From positions 355,739-419,738 of the forward strand of contig DASRDX010000009.1 in the NCBI GenBank assembly GCA_035652395.1: a stretch of DNA of 64,000 nt, written 5' to 3'. Source of the DNA: Minisyncoccota bacterium. GTDB lineage: Bacteria; Patescibacteriota; Minisyncoccia; Phycocordibacterales; CAJBRS01. Position numbers and translations under genes: made by a program. Numbering within the stretch: position 1 is the first letter of the stretch; each line of letters starts with the position of its first letter. This document shows, in pieces, positions 53,439 to 61,909 of the stretch. The notes beneath the pieces are model-generated. The model did no database searches. It was not told the DNA's origin and was given only the letters and a program-made list of their open reading frames with translations.

Positions 53439-54335
53439 TTAATCACCTATGGCGATTTGAGCCAGTTTAGTGGCCGCTTCAAAATCCTTGGCAATCACTA
53501 AATGTCGGCCATTGTGGCAAAAGATGGCCCCCTTCACTCCCGTCACTTTCTCAAGTTCGGCGTCGCGTTTACCGCCCCAACTTTCTGGAAATAATTTCCG
53601 AGTTTTGAAAGAAACTCCTTCTTCCCGAATGCCGGCCACCGCCCATTCAGGTCGTCGACCATCGTTGGCCACGACATATAACGGTTCAGGAAAAGTATTT
53701 AGGATGTCTTTCCACGCGTAAGCATCTTTTATGACAATCATTCTTTTATCTGGCGCTTCCTTATAGGCTTCCAAAACATGACTCTTTCCTTCCAGGAAAT
53801 GCTTCGCTCTGGTTATCTCCCGCGCCAACACTTCTTCCACTAACACCAGAACTTTTAGAAAGGCCATATCAATACTTTTATCTTTTTCTTTCCAAGTCGG
53901 AATGAAGGATGAAATGGCAGTCTCAAACTGATATGGTTTAACATTTTTATTAATTGATTCCACGATCTGAACGCCGTTGTCTTCCGCATCAATGGCCTGA
54001 ATTAATTTCTCGTCTACCCGATCAGCCGCCTCCTGACTACTGCAAAGTTCCGCTCCATATTTTTTCCAGACCAGACCAAAACTGGCGTACGGTACTCCAT
54101 TTGGCCGCGCCCCACCCCCACCTTTTTGGTGATGGTCAAATTTGTTAGATTCGGGATCTAAAACTCCGCCAATATCTACCACATAATCTCCAGTGTTGAT
54201 TATTTCCGGGTCACGACTGCGAATAATTTCATATTTATCATTGCTTAAATCGAGATGGAGCAGCAGCGTAGCGACGGCAAATAATTCGTCGGGATGAAAG
54301 TTACCGCTGTGAGTGATAATTCGAACCTTCTTCAT
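53439..54335 (-). CDS. MYG1/UPF0160-family metal-dependent hydrolase.
   Basis: THSGNFHPDELFAVATL and FDHHQKGGGG, characteristic of the MYG1 family. Confidence 0.7.
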   Translation of the reverse strand: MKKVRIITHSGNFHPDELFAVATLLLHLDLSNDKYEIIRSRDPEIINTGDYVVDIGGVLDPESNKFDHHQKGGGGARPNGVPYASFGLVWKKYGAELCSSQEAADRVDEKLIQAIDAEDNGVQIVESINKNVKPYQFETAISSFIPTWKEKDKSIDMAFLKVLVLVEEVLAREITRAKHFLEGKSHVLEAYKEAPDKRMIVIKDAYAWKDILNTFPEPLYVVANDGRRPEWAVAGIREEGVSFKTRKLFPESWGGKRDAELEKVTGVKGAIFCHNGRHLVIAKDFEAATKLAQIAIGD

Positions 54336-54682
54336 TTAGATTCAGTCTCGGCTAGAAGATGGTGCCCGAGATAGCTGAAAAGCGAAACGATCAGAGCCCC
54401 AAGAAAGGCGGCCAGAAAGCCGCTGACATCAAAACCTTTGACAAAAGTGGCAACTAGCCAAAAAAGCAATCCGTTGATCACGAAAGTAAAAAGGCCAAGA
54501 GTTAAGAGATTGATCGGTAAAGTTAAGAGGAGAAGAATTGGACGAAGAATAAGATTGATAAGACCGAGCAGAATGGCCACGATTAGAGCGGTGTAGAAAC
54601 TGCTAATACTGATGCCGGGCACCACATAAGCGGCTACAAACAAGGCTAGAACGGTGATGAGTAAACGAATGATTATTTTCAT
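54332..54682 (-). CDS. Small polytopic membrane protein (YvlD/DUF360, phage-holin-4-like family).
   Basis: 116 aa with 4 TM helices. Pattern VVPGISISSFYTALIVAILLGLIN is typical of this family. Confidence 0.45.
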   Translation of the reverse strand: MKIIIRLLITVLALFVAAYVVPGISISSFYTALIVAILLGLINLILRPILLLLTLPINLLTLGLFTFVINGLLFWLVATFVKGFDVSGFLAAFLGALIVSLFSYLGHHLLAETESK

Positions 54683-54726
54683 ATAAAGACTTTAACATGT
54701 TGGCACCTCCCCTCAAAGTGCGGTAG

Positions 54727-56007
54727 TTATTTGAAATATTTGACAATGCCATGACTCAAAGCGAAGGCCAGTGGCTTGGAGATGAACGATTGAATTTTAT
54801 TGCTGATAGGATAAGAGCGATTAGCCGTAAAAAATTTATCATAGTCGTCTCTGTTATTTAAAATTTTCTCGGCAATATAATCTCCCAGAGCGACAGCCCA
54901 GGGAAGACCTGTAGCACCGCTAACATAGTAGACACTTTTCATTTTTGGATCTTGACCGGCAATCGGGACAAAATCTTTAGTTACTCCAATTAAGCCGGGC
55001 CAGCTGTATTCAAAAGTAATATCAGCCACACCAAATTTAATTTTTAGATATTTATGCATCTTTCGGATAACTCCTTCGAAATTCTCCTTCTGATTGGACT
55101 GATAGGTGTAAAGGAGGTTGGCCGCTCCGAAAAGTAGTCGGTTATCTTCCACTAAACGATAGTATTGATAAATGAGATCAGTGTCCCAGACCATTACTTC
55201 GTCAGACGGAAAAATTTTTTTAATCTGCTTTTCAGAAAGTGGCTGAGAAAGTGCCAAAAAAGTTTGAGCGTGATAGACCTCATTTTTGCGCAAGTTTAAA
55301 TCCGGCAAAAATTTATCGGTAGCTACGATGATGTGTTTGGCCTTGACGGTGAAGTTGCCCGAATAATCGCAGACAACTTTACCGTCTTTAACCTCCGTAA
55401 CGACAGTCTCTTCAAAAATTTCCACTCCTCTTTTCTCGAGTACTTCTTTCATAGCCTGACAATATAAATAGGAATTTAAACCAAAACTACCGCCGTAACG
55501 AACTCCGCCAAAATATTGATCCGTAGCTAGAACTTCCGGAAGTTTTTCCGGATGATATAAATCACTCTGATAACCGAGTTTTGTTCGAGCCTCGTGTTCA
55601 TCTTTTACTTTTTTAAAAGATTTTTTGGAATTTGCTACAAACAAAGAATCTTGAACTCGGTAATCGCAATCAATATTGTGCTTCTTTATATTATCCCGAA
55701 TAAGATCAAGGCCGACATTGACGAACTCTCTCATTTTCTTGGCTCCTTCGGGGCCGTATTTCTCCAGAAGATCGGCCAGCTGAAGTTCGGAATCCGGAGT
55801 CAAAAAACCGGAGCTTTTGCCGCTCGCCCCTCCCCCACAAAAACGACACTCTAGGACCATGACCTTTAAACCGGCCGCGTTTAATCTATCCGCGGCCGAA
55901 AGCCCAGACATCCCTCCGCCGACAATGCAGACGTCGGCGGAGGCATTCTGATCCAATCTCTTAATCGTCGGTTCTTTTTTGGTGTACCAATAAACTTCCT
56001 TTTTCAT
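54727..56007 (-). CDS. FAD-dependent oxidoreductase (DAO/amino-oxidase superfamily).
   Basis: Rossmann dinucleotide motif DVCIVGGGMSGLSAADRL. Confidence 0.7.
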   Translation of the reverse strand: MKKEVYWYTKKEPTIKRLDQNASADVCIVGGGMSGLSAADRLNAAGLKVMVLECRFCGGGASGKSSGFLTPDSELQLADLLEKYGPEGAKKMREFVNVGLDLIRDNIKKHNIDCDYRVQDSLFVANSKKSFKKVKDEHEARTKLGYQSDLYHPEKLPEVLATDQYFGGVRYGGSFGLNSYLYCQAMKEVLEKRGVEIFEETVVTEVKDGKVVCDYSGNFTVKAKHIIVATDKFLPDLNLRKNEVYHAQTFLALSQPLSEKQIKKIFPSDEVMVWDTDLIYQYYRLVEDNRLLFGAANLLYTYQSNQKENFEGVIRKMHKYLKIKFGVADITFEYSWPGLIGVTKDFVPIAGQDPKMKSVYYVSGATGLPWAVALGDYIAEKILNNRDDYDKFFTANRSYPISNKIQSFISKPLAFALSHGIVKYFK

Positions 56008-56426
56008 AGAGAAGGCCCAGATTTAGTACCTTTGCTTACGATATTCTTTAATTCTTCCAGGCTTTTCTCAATCTTTTTTATATGTTCTTCTGCCTCTACT
56101 TCAGCCTGAAGATCAATCTCAATTTCTTCCTCGGTTTTCTCAATTAATTTATGCTGCCGTCTAAGACCGCTAATCAAAATATTGTCTCCCACAAAGAAAG
56201 AGACAAATAATCCGGAGCCGAGAAGAATAATGATGCTGACAAGAAGCGAGACCCAGCCGTTCTGAATAATTGGAATCTCATCGGCAATAATCCAGACCCC
56301 CCGCCAGAAAAGAACGATGCCGACACCGCCGACGAAAGTATAGACAAAAGGGTGATGGCTAAGAGCGCTTCGAATGTGATCTTCCAAATGATCAAAAAAT
56401 CGATAAAGTTTGCCGTGTTTTCTCAT
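56004..56426 (-). CDS. Hypothetical membrane protein with an acidic coiled C-terminus.
   Basis: Two TM helices, then EKTEEEIEIDLQAEVEAEEHIKKIEKSLEELK. Confidence 0.35.
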   Translation of the reverse strand: MRKHGKLYRFFDHLEDHIRSALSHHPFVYTFVGGVGIVLFWRGVWIIADEIPIIQNGWVSLLVSIIILLGSGLFVSFFVGDNILISGLRRQHKLIEKTEEEIEIDLQAEVEAEEHIKKIEKSLEELKNIVSKGTKSGPSL

Positions 56427-56645
56427 TTAAAAACTACTGATTGAATTGATCTGATCCACGTAATTATGCATGAAGGCTGGAATGGCAAAAACCAACCCGA
56501 GGAGCGGCAAGACAAAGAGAGCAATGGTGATAATCATGGTCCACATAAAATATTTGCGCAGTTTCTCTACCGACTGATACATCGCATCAATTTTTTGCTG
56601 CTGTTCGTCAATTTTAGCTTGAAGTTTTTGTAGTTCTGCCTCCAT
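56427..56645 (-). CDS. Small coiled-coil/TM protein.
   Basis: 72 aa. N-terminal coiled coil and C-terminal TM helix. Start abuts the preceding gene. Confidence 0.3.
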   Translation of the reverse strand: MEAELQKLQAKIDEQQQKIDAMYQSVEKLRKYFMWTMIITIALFVLPLLGLVFAIPAFMHNYVDQINSISSF

Positions 56646-56657
56646 ATGTTGATTATA

Positions 56658-57371
56658 TCATTTAAAGAATTCTCGGCGGATTTTCATGACGTCCTGATGA
56701 TAAGTAATTCCCTGCTCACGGCGAGGATACGGCATTTCAACATTAAAAGTAGCGGTCACTGTTTTGTTTTTAATTAAAATAATCTTTTGGGCCAAGGAGA
56801 CAGCTTCTTCGATAAGATGTGAGACTAGTACAATAGTCTTCTGGGTTTTCTTCCAGATTTCAATTAAGTCATCGTGGAGTTCGGCCGTCGTCTTGGCATC
56901 CAAAGCGGAAAACGGCTCATCTAGAAGTAAGACCTGCGGATCGACTGCTAAAGCTCGGGCAATTCCCACGCGTTGACGCTGACCGCCGGAAAGTTCGGCT
57001 GGATACTTAGTTAAATAATCAATCATCTTAACCATCTCCAAATATTTTAAAACTTCCGTTCGAATTTTTGATTCGGAAATTTTAGCTTTAGCCTTTAGTC
57101 CAAAGGCGGCATTTTCGTAAACGGAAAGCCACGGGAAAAGGGCCCCGCCCTGAAAATCCATGGAGATGCTATCGGGTTTCTTTACTTCACCAGAACTCTC
57201 TTCCTCAAGACCGGCGATAATTTTTAAAATAGTGGTTTTTCCTGAACCGGATGGCCCAATTAAACAAAGGAACTGACTTTGCTCTACGATCAGGCTGACT
57301 TTCTCCAGAGCCACCTCGTGCGGATGAGTGTAGATCTTGCCGACGTTTTTAAATTCAATAATGGTCTCCAT
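56658..57371 (-). CDS. ABC transporter ATP-binding protein (NitT/TauT/SsuB-like).
   Basis: Walker A GPSGSGKTT. Signature LSGGQRQR. Walker B LLLDEPFSALD. Confidence 0.85.
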   Translation of the reverse strand: METIIEFKNVGKIYTHPHEVALEKVSLIVEQSQFLCLIGPSGSGKTTILKIIAGLEEESSGEVKKPDSISMDFQGGALFPWLSVYENAAFGLKAKAKISESKIRTEVLKYLEMVKMIDYLTKYPAELSGGQRQRVGIARALAVDPQVLLLDEPFSALDAKTTAELHDDLIEIWKKTQKTIVLVSHLIEEAVSLAQKIILIKNKTVTATFNVEMPYPRREQGITYHQDVMKIRREFFK

Positions 57372-57376
57372 GAAAG

Positions 57377-58219
57377 TTATTCAAAGCGAAAGCGCTCGGC
57401 ATAGCGCAATAATTTTTGCCAGACAAAAAAGTTCAAAAAGGCGATGGCTAAGATCATGAAAAGCAAAGCCATAACAAATAAATCATTTTGGCCACTAGCA
57501 GCAGATTGTACCAAGAGAGAGCCAAGGCCAAACAAATCGCCTGTATTGCTGCCGGCCGGAATATAAACATGCAAAACTTCGGCTACGATTATAAGATTCC
57601 AGCCTTGGGCCACCGCCAAAATTGAGCCGGTCACAAACTGCGGGAAAATGGCAGGCAAGATCACTTTTATTAAGTATGGCCAGCCACGCAAGCCAAAGAC
57701 TTTAGCCACTCCTTTAATATCCTGCGGGATAATCTTCAGGCCTCCCACTAAAGTAAAGACTAGATTCCAGAGCATGGAAAGAAAAAGAATAAAAATGGCG
57801 GCGCCATTGAGAAAATTAAAACGGACAAAAAATATGATCAGGATGGGGAAAAAGGCCAGAGCCGGCACTGATTCCAAAATGTCAAAAATAGGCAGAAAGA
57901 TTGATTCAGCTCGACGGTTAGAAGTGCAAAGAAGAGCCAGCGGGATGGCACAAATTAGAGCCAAAACATAAGCGATGAATAAACGCCCGAGAGTTAGAAG
58001 CAGAGCGCGGAATAAAAAGAAAAGTGAATCGGGCCCTGATAAAGTCGGAATAATGTGACTAAAAAGCGGTGTATTGGAGAAAAGGCGAAGAGCGATAAAG
58101 AGAATGAAAATAAAAAGTAACGGTCCCCACAGCAGAGTATAGAGTCGTTGGGAGAGCGAAAGCGGATAGCTGATAATTAGATGTCGATGATGATGACCAA
58201 TATGCCGAGAGTTTCGCAT
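57377..58219 (-). CDS. ABC transporter permease (BPD-transp_1; SsuC/TauC-like).
   Basis: Six TM helices. Operonic with the ATPase. No substrate-binding protein is adjacent. Confidence 0.75.
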   Translation of the reverse strand: MRNSRHIGHHHRHLIISYPLSLSQRLYTLLWGPLLFIFILFIALRLFSNTPLFSHIIPTLSGPDSLFFLFRALLLTLGRLFIAYVLALICAIPLALLCTSNRRAESIFLPIFDILESVPALAFFPILIIFFVRFNFLNGAAIFILFLSMLWNLVFTLVGGLKIIPQDIKGVAKVFGLRGWPYLIKVILPAIFPQFVTGSILAVAQGWNLIIVAEVLHVYIPAGSNTGDLFGLGSLLVQSAASGQNDLFVMALLFMILAIAFLNFFVWQKLLRYAERFRFE

Positions 58220-58278
58220 TAATGTATTTTACTATAGATGTTTTAAAAAAGCGGGAAGTTGTGCTAGCCTAGAAACAG

Positions 58279-58611
58279 ATGAAAATGAGATACTGCTTAG
58301 CTATGGTTGGCGTTTGTGTCTTTGCTTTAACATCCTTCGGACAAGACATTGCTCCACTTACTAACCCGGTCGGATTTTTCTTGGTCCCGGCTGACAAAGA
58401 AAGTGATGCCTACCCGGTGAGAAGTTATCGGATGGAAATCACTCAAATCTTTCCTGGTCTAGGAGATCCCAGCTTAATTGAGGAAATGGATAACGAAAGC
58501 GGAGAGTGGCACTCTATTTTCTTAAATAAGATTGGCCCACCACTCCAAACTGTCCGATTTCGATCGAAAGATCACAAAGAGTATCGGGTGATTATGATTC
58601 TTCACAAATAA
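58279..58611 (+). CDS. Small secreted hypothetical protein.
   Basis: Signal peptide MKMRYCLAMVGVCVFALTSFG. 110 aa. Followed by a terminator. Confidence 0.35.
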   Translation: MKMRYCLAMVGVCVFALTSFGQDIAPLTNPVGFFLVPADKESDAYPVRSYRMEITQIFPGLGDPSLIEEMDNESGEWHSIFLNKIGPPLQTVRFRSKDHKEYRVIMILHK

Positions 58612-58662
58612 CGATGGCGAGTACTTCCCTGCTCACACCAGAGCGGGTTTTTATTTAAAAGG

Positions 58663-58694
58663 AAAAGGCGGCCGGCGAAGCCGGCCGCCTTTTC
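58663..58694. terminator. Bidirectional intrinsic terminator.
   Basis: aaaaggcggccggc-gaa-gccggccgcctttt. Confidence 0.6.
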
Positions 58695-58703
58695 AAACCA
58701 ACA

Positions 58704-58856
58704 CTAAGCTACCGGATTTCGGCCTCGAATCAATCTAACTAGAATAACAATAATGGCGATTACCAAGAGGATGTGAATAAAACCTCCTAAGGTATATGAG
58801 GTTACAAGCCCCACTAGCCACAAGATAAGCAAGATAACAGCGATTGTTTCAAGCAT
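58704..58856 (-). CDS. lmo0937-family-like small membrane protein (50 aa). Missed by the ORF track, which only reports ORFs of 60 aa or more.
   Basis: MLETIAVILLILWLVGLVTSYTLGGFIHILLVIAIIVILVRLIRGRNPVA. This matches the characteristic ILLVLWLLGF..GG.IHILLVIA pattern of that family. Confidence 0.5.
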   Translation of the reverse strand: MLETIAVILLILWLVGLVTSYTLGGFIHILLVIAIIVILVRLIRGRNPVA

Positions 58857-58936
58857 ATTTTTAAATTAAGTTAATAATGATAATCCTAACTCTCTTTTAG
58901 ACGACTGAAAAGAGCCGTCCTTACCCTTCCTTCAAA

Positions 58937-59728
58937 TCACCACTCTAACTTCATAATCTTGCCGTTAATCTTTACCCAGTAAAAAGCTCGATAGAAAAGG
59001 AAGGAAATTAAGCCCACATAAAAAATATTGAGAGCGGTGCTAAGCAGAAAATAATTTACATTAAAGACCCCGGTGTGAATTAAATCTCTCATCCCCTCAA
59101 AGACATAGGCTGATGGAAGAATGTAAGCAAAGTATTGGAGAAAATGCGGTAGAGCTGAAATCGGATAAAAGACGGCACTAAACGGCTGAAGAATAAAAAT
59201 CAGAGTAAAAGCAATGATATTCGCTCCACTGCCAAAACGAAATGTCACACTAGTAGTCATGATTCCCAAGGTCCAGCCGAAGAGCAGCAGATTTATCATA
59301 AAAGGAATGGTGTACAGACCAAATTGCAAAATGTTGAATTTATATAAAAGCAGAGAGCCAATACCAAGAACGACGGCGCAAATAATGATTCGAATTAAGC
59401 CGAGAAGAAAAGTGGAAGCCAAGAATTCACTGATACGCATTGGAGTGACAAAAATATTCAGAAAATTTTTCTCCCAAACTTCCTCCATCATGGCAAAAGA
59501 AACCGCTTTTTGAGATTGACTAAGAAGATCCCAAAAAATGATAGCCCCGAGCAAAAGACTGACAATATTAACCCCGCCAAGCCCGCTTTTCTCCAAGTAA
59601 ACGCTCAAAAAACCCCAAACCAGAATTTCCAAAATCGGCCAGAAGAAGAGATCCATCAATCTCGGCAGACTGCGTTTGTAGAGATAGAGATGTCTCATTA
59701 ATAAAGCGTATAGACGATAGAATTTCAT
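58937..59728 (-). CDS. ABC-2 family transporter permease.
   Basis: 263 aa with 6 TM helices. Operonic with the downstream ATPase. Confidence 0.7.
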   Translation of the reverse strand: MKFYRLYALLMRHLYLYKRSLPRLMDLFFWPILEILVWGFLSVYLEKSGLGGVNIVSLLLGAIIFWDLLSQSQKAVSFAMMEEVWEKNFLNIFVTPMRISEFLASTFLLGLIRIIICAVVLGIGSLLLYKFNILQFGLYTIPFMINLLLFGWTLGIMTTSVTFRFGSGANIIAFTLIFILQPFSAVFYPISALPHFLQYFAYILPSAYVFEGMRDLIHTGVFNVNYFLLSTALNIFYVGLISFLFYRAFYWVKINGKIMKLEW

Positions 59729-59754
59729 AGATTTAGATAAAAATTATTTAAACT

Positions 59755-60507
59755 TTAAATTTGAGCAGCCTCTGGAACTTTATCCGTCTCCCCTCTGGCA
59801 ATTGCTAAGAAAACATCATTCAAATCATCCCGACCGTATTTTTTAATTAGATCAGCCGGTGCTCCATCATCTTTTAATTTACCATGATGGATGAAAATAG
59901 CCCGGTCACAGATTTCCTCCACTTCCTGCATATTGTGGGTAGTATAGAGGATGGTAACCCTTTTCTCCTTCTGAATTTTCTTTAGGAGCTGGCGCGTGCG
60001 ATCGGCCACGTCAGGATCGAGAGAAGCGGTTGGCTCATCAAGAAGAAGGAGGGCGGGATCGTTTAAAAGAGCTTTGGCTAGATTAAGTCTGGTCAGCTGT
60101 CCTGTCGAAAGAGAAGAGGTTAGTTTTGGCAGAAACTCCTTGATGTTGAAATAGTCGGTAATCTCATCTATCTTTTGTTTGTAATCCTTAATGCCGTATA
60201 GTCGAGAAAAAGTATAAAGATTTTCCCAGACTTTCAGATTGGCCGGCAGTGCCACGTAAGGCGAAGAGAAATTAACCTTATTCAAGATTTCTTCCCGATG
60301 ATGCTTCATATCTTTGCCGAAAAGTGAAATGGTACCGGAAGTCGGAATAATTAAATCCAGCAACATCTGAATAGTCGTAGTCTTTCCCGCACCATTGGGT
60401 CCCAGAAGTCCGGTGATTGTCCCCTCTTCCACGTTAAATGAAAGATTGTCGACAGCGGTAAAGTCGCCGAATTTTTTAGTTAAATTTTTTACTTCCAAAA
60501 CTGCCAT
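59755..60507 (-). CDS. ABC transporter ATP-binding protein (ABC-2/DrrA-like).
   Basis: Walker A GPNGAGKTT. Signature LSTGQLTR. Walker B LLLDEPTASLD. Confidence 0.85.
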   Translation of the reverse strand: MAVLEVKNLTKKFGDFTAVDNLSFNVEEGTITGLLGPNGAGKTTTIQMLLDLIIPTSGTISLFGKDMKHHREEILNKVNFSSPYVALPANLKVWENLYTFSRLYGIKDYKQKIDEITDYFNIKEFLPKLTSSLSTGQLTRLNLAKALLNDPALLLLDEPTASLDPDVADRTRQLLKKIQKEKRVTILYTTHNMQEVEEICDRAIFIHHGKLKDDGAPADLIKKYGRDDLNDVFLAIARGETDKVPEAAQI

Positions 60508-60588
60508 GAAATTATCTTAGCATTTAAAAATGAAAACAAAAATCGTAACTCTTTAGACATTTAGTAATCAAAAAGCTAAAATATTAAG

Positions 60589-61317
60589 ATGATTATTTTT
60601 CTGATTGCCATCGCTGCCTTTATTGCTACCTTGCTCGGCGGTCTGTTTGCTCTGAAATTTCGAGACAAACTTCATCTCATTCTCGGTTTTAGCGCCGGCG
60701 CCGTCATCGCCGTGGCGTTTTTTGATCTTTTGCCCGAAGCGATAAATCTCGGTAACTCTTATAATGTTAGTACCATTACCGGCATCGTGGCTTTGGGATT
60801 CATCGTTTACACCATCTTGGATCGATTTGTTATTCTTCATTCTCATCACGATGAGCATAATCATTCGGGAGATCTCGCCTCACCGCGAAGAGGCGTTCTC
60901 GGAGCCGGCAGTTTATCTATTCACAGTTTCTTGGATGGAGTGGCTATTGGCTTAGCCTTTCAAATTTCAGCTGCAGTGGGCGCAGTTGTGGCCATCGCCG
61001 TTTTAGTTCATGATTTTTCTGATGGCATCAATACCGTCAATCTCATCTCCAAAAATGGCGGTAGCCGTAAGGATGCCTTCCGATGGCTTGTGGTGGATGC
61101 TCTGGCTCCAGTGCTTGGAGTAACTTCCACTCTATTATTTAGTCTACCGGAGAGCGCTTTGGGGATAGTTCTGGCTACTTTCTGCGGATTTTTTCTCTAC
61201 ATCGGTGCCACCGATCTTCTGCCCGAAAGTCATCATGGTCATCCAACATATTGGACCACTTTGATGACGGTAGTTGGAATGACGGTGCTTTATTTGGCTA
61301 TTAAGTTGATTGGGTAA
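60589..61317 (+). CDS. ZIP-family divalent metal transporter.
   Basis: His-rich loop HSHHDEHNHSGD. Conserved SIHSFLDGVAIGLAF motif. Confidence 0.8.
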   Translation: MIIFLIAIAAFIATLLGGLFALKFRDKLHLILGFSAGAVIAVAFFDLLPEAINLGNSYNVSTITGIVALGFIVYTILDRFVILHSHHDEHNHSGDLASPRRGVLGAGSLSIHSFLDGVAIGLAFQISAAVGAVVAIAVLVHDFSDGINTVNLISKNGGSRKDAFRWLVVDALAPVLGVTSTLLFSLPESALGIVLATFCGFFLYIGATDLLPESHHGHPTYWTTLMTVVGMTVLYLAIKLIG

Positions 61318-61333
61318 ATAGAAAAGCGGCGGC

Positions 61334-61909
61334 CTACGATCCGGCAGCCGCTTCTTTATTTTTAGACAAACTCTTATCTACCTTTTTGAAAAGATCTTCT
61401 TTAGTGCCCTCATTTAAGATAATTAAATCTGCTTCATCCATTACTAAATCAACTTCATGACTTCCCTGATCCTTAGCTTTTTCTCGCTCTTCTTCTTTTT
61501 TAAATTGCTCAAAAGAAATTTCATCCCCTGTTCTTTTTCTCTCTTGAGCCCATTTGTAACGAATCTTTAAGGGAGCGTCGACGGCAATTAACTGGAACTT
61601 ATTCCCTAACTCCTTTCTGAATATTTTAACTTCCTCCCTGTTCCTAATTCCAGAAATTACAGTATTGCCTTTTATCCTTTTAATGGTTTCGTGAGACAAA
61701 TATCCATTTCCGTGTTTCAAACGCATTTTAGAAACAAAGTCATGTATGTTTGCTCGATGGGTAGCAAGGTTTAATTTATGCATTTCCTCTCGCAGGATAT
61801 CTCCTCCTGAAATCTTGATAAAACCTTTGGACACAAGGTAATCTGCCACTGTATCTTTACCAGAGGCTGGATGTCCGGTGATGCCTATAATTTTATTATT
61901 TGCCTTCAT
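61334..61909 (-). CDS. P-loop nucleotide kinase-like protein (CoaE/adenylate-kinase superfamily).
   Basis: Walker A IIGITGHPASGKDT. Lys/Glu-rich C-terminus. Overlaps the secA stop by 14 nt. Confidence 0.45.
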   Translation of the reverse strand: MKANNKIIGITGHPASGKDTVADYLVSKGFIKISGGDILREEMHKLNLATHRANIHDFVSKMRLKHGNGYLSHETIKRIKGNTVISGIRNREEVKIFRKELGNKFQLIAVDAPLKIRYKWAQERKRTGDEISFEQFKKEEEREKAKDQGSHEVDLVMDEADLIILNEGTKEDLFKKVDKSLSKNKEAAAGS

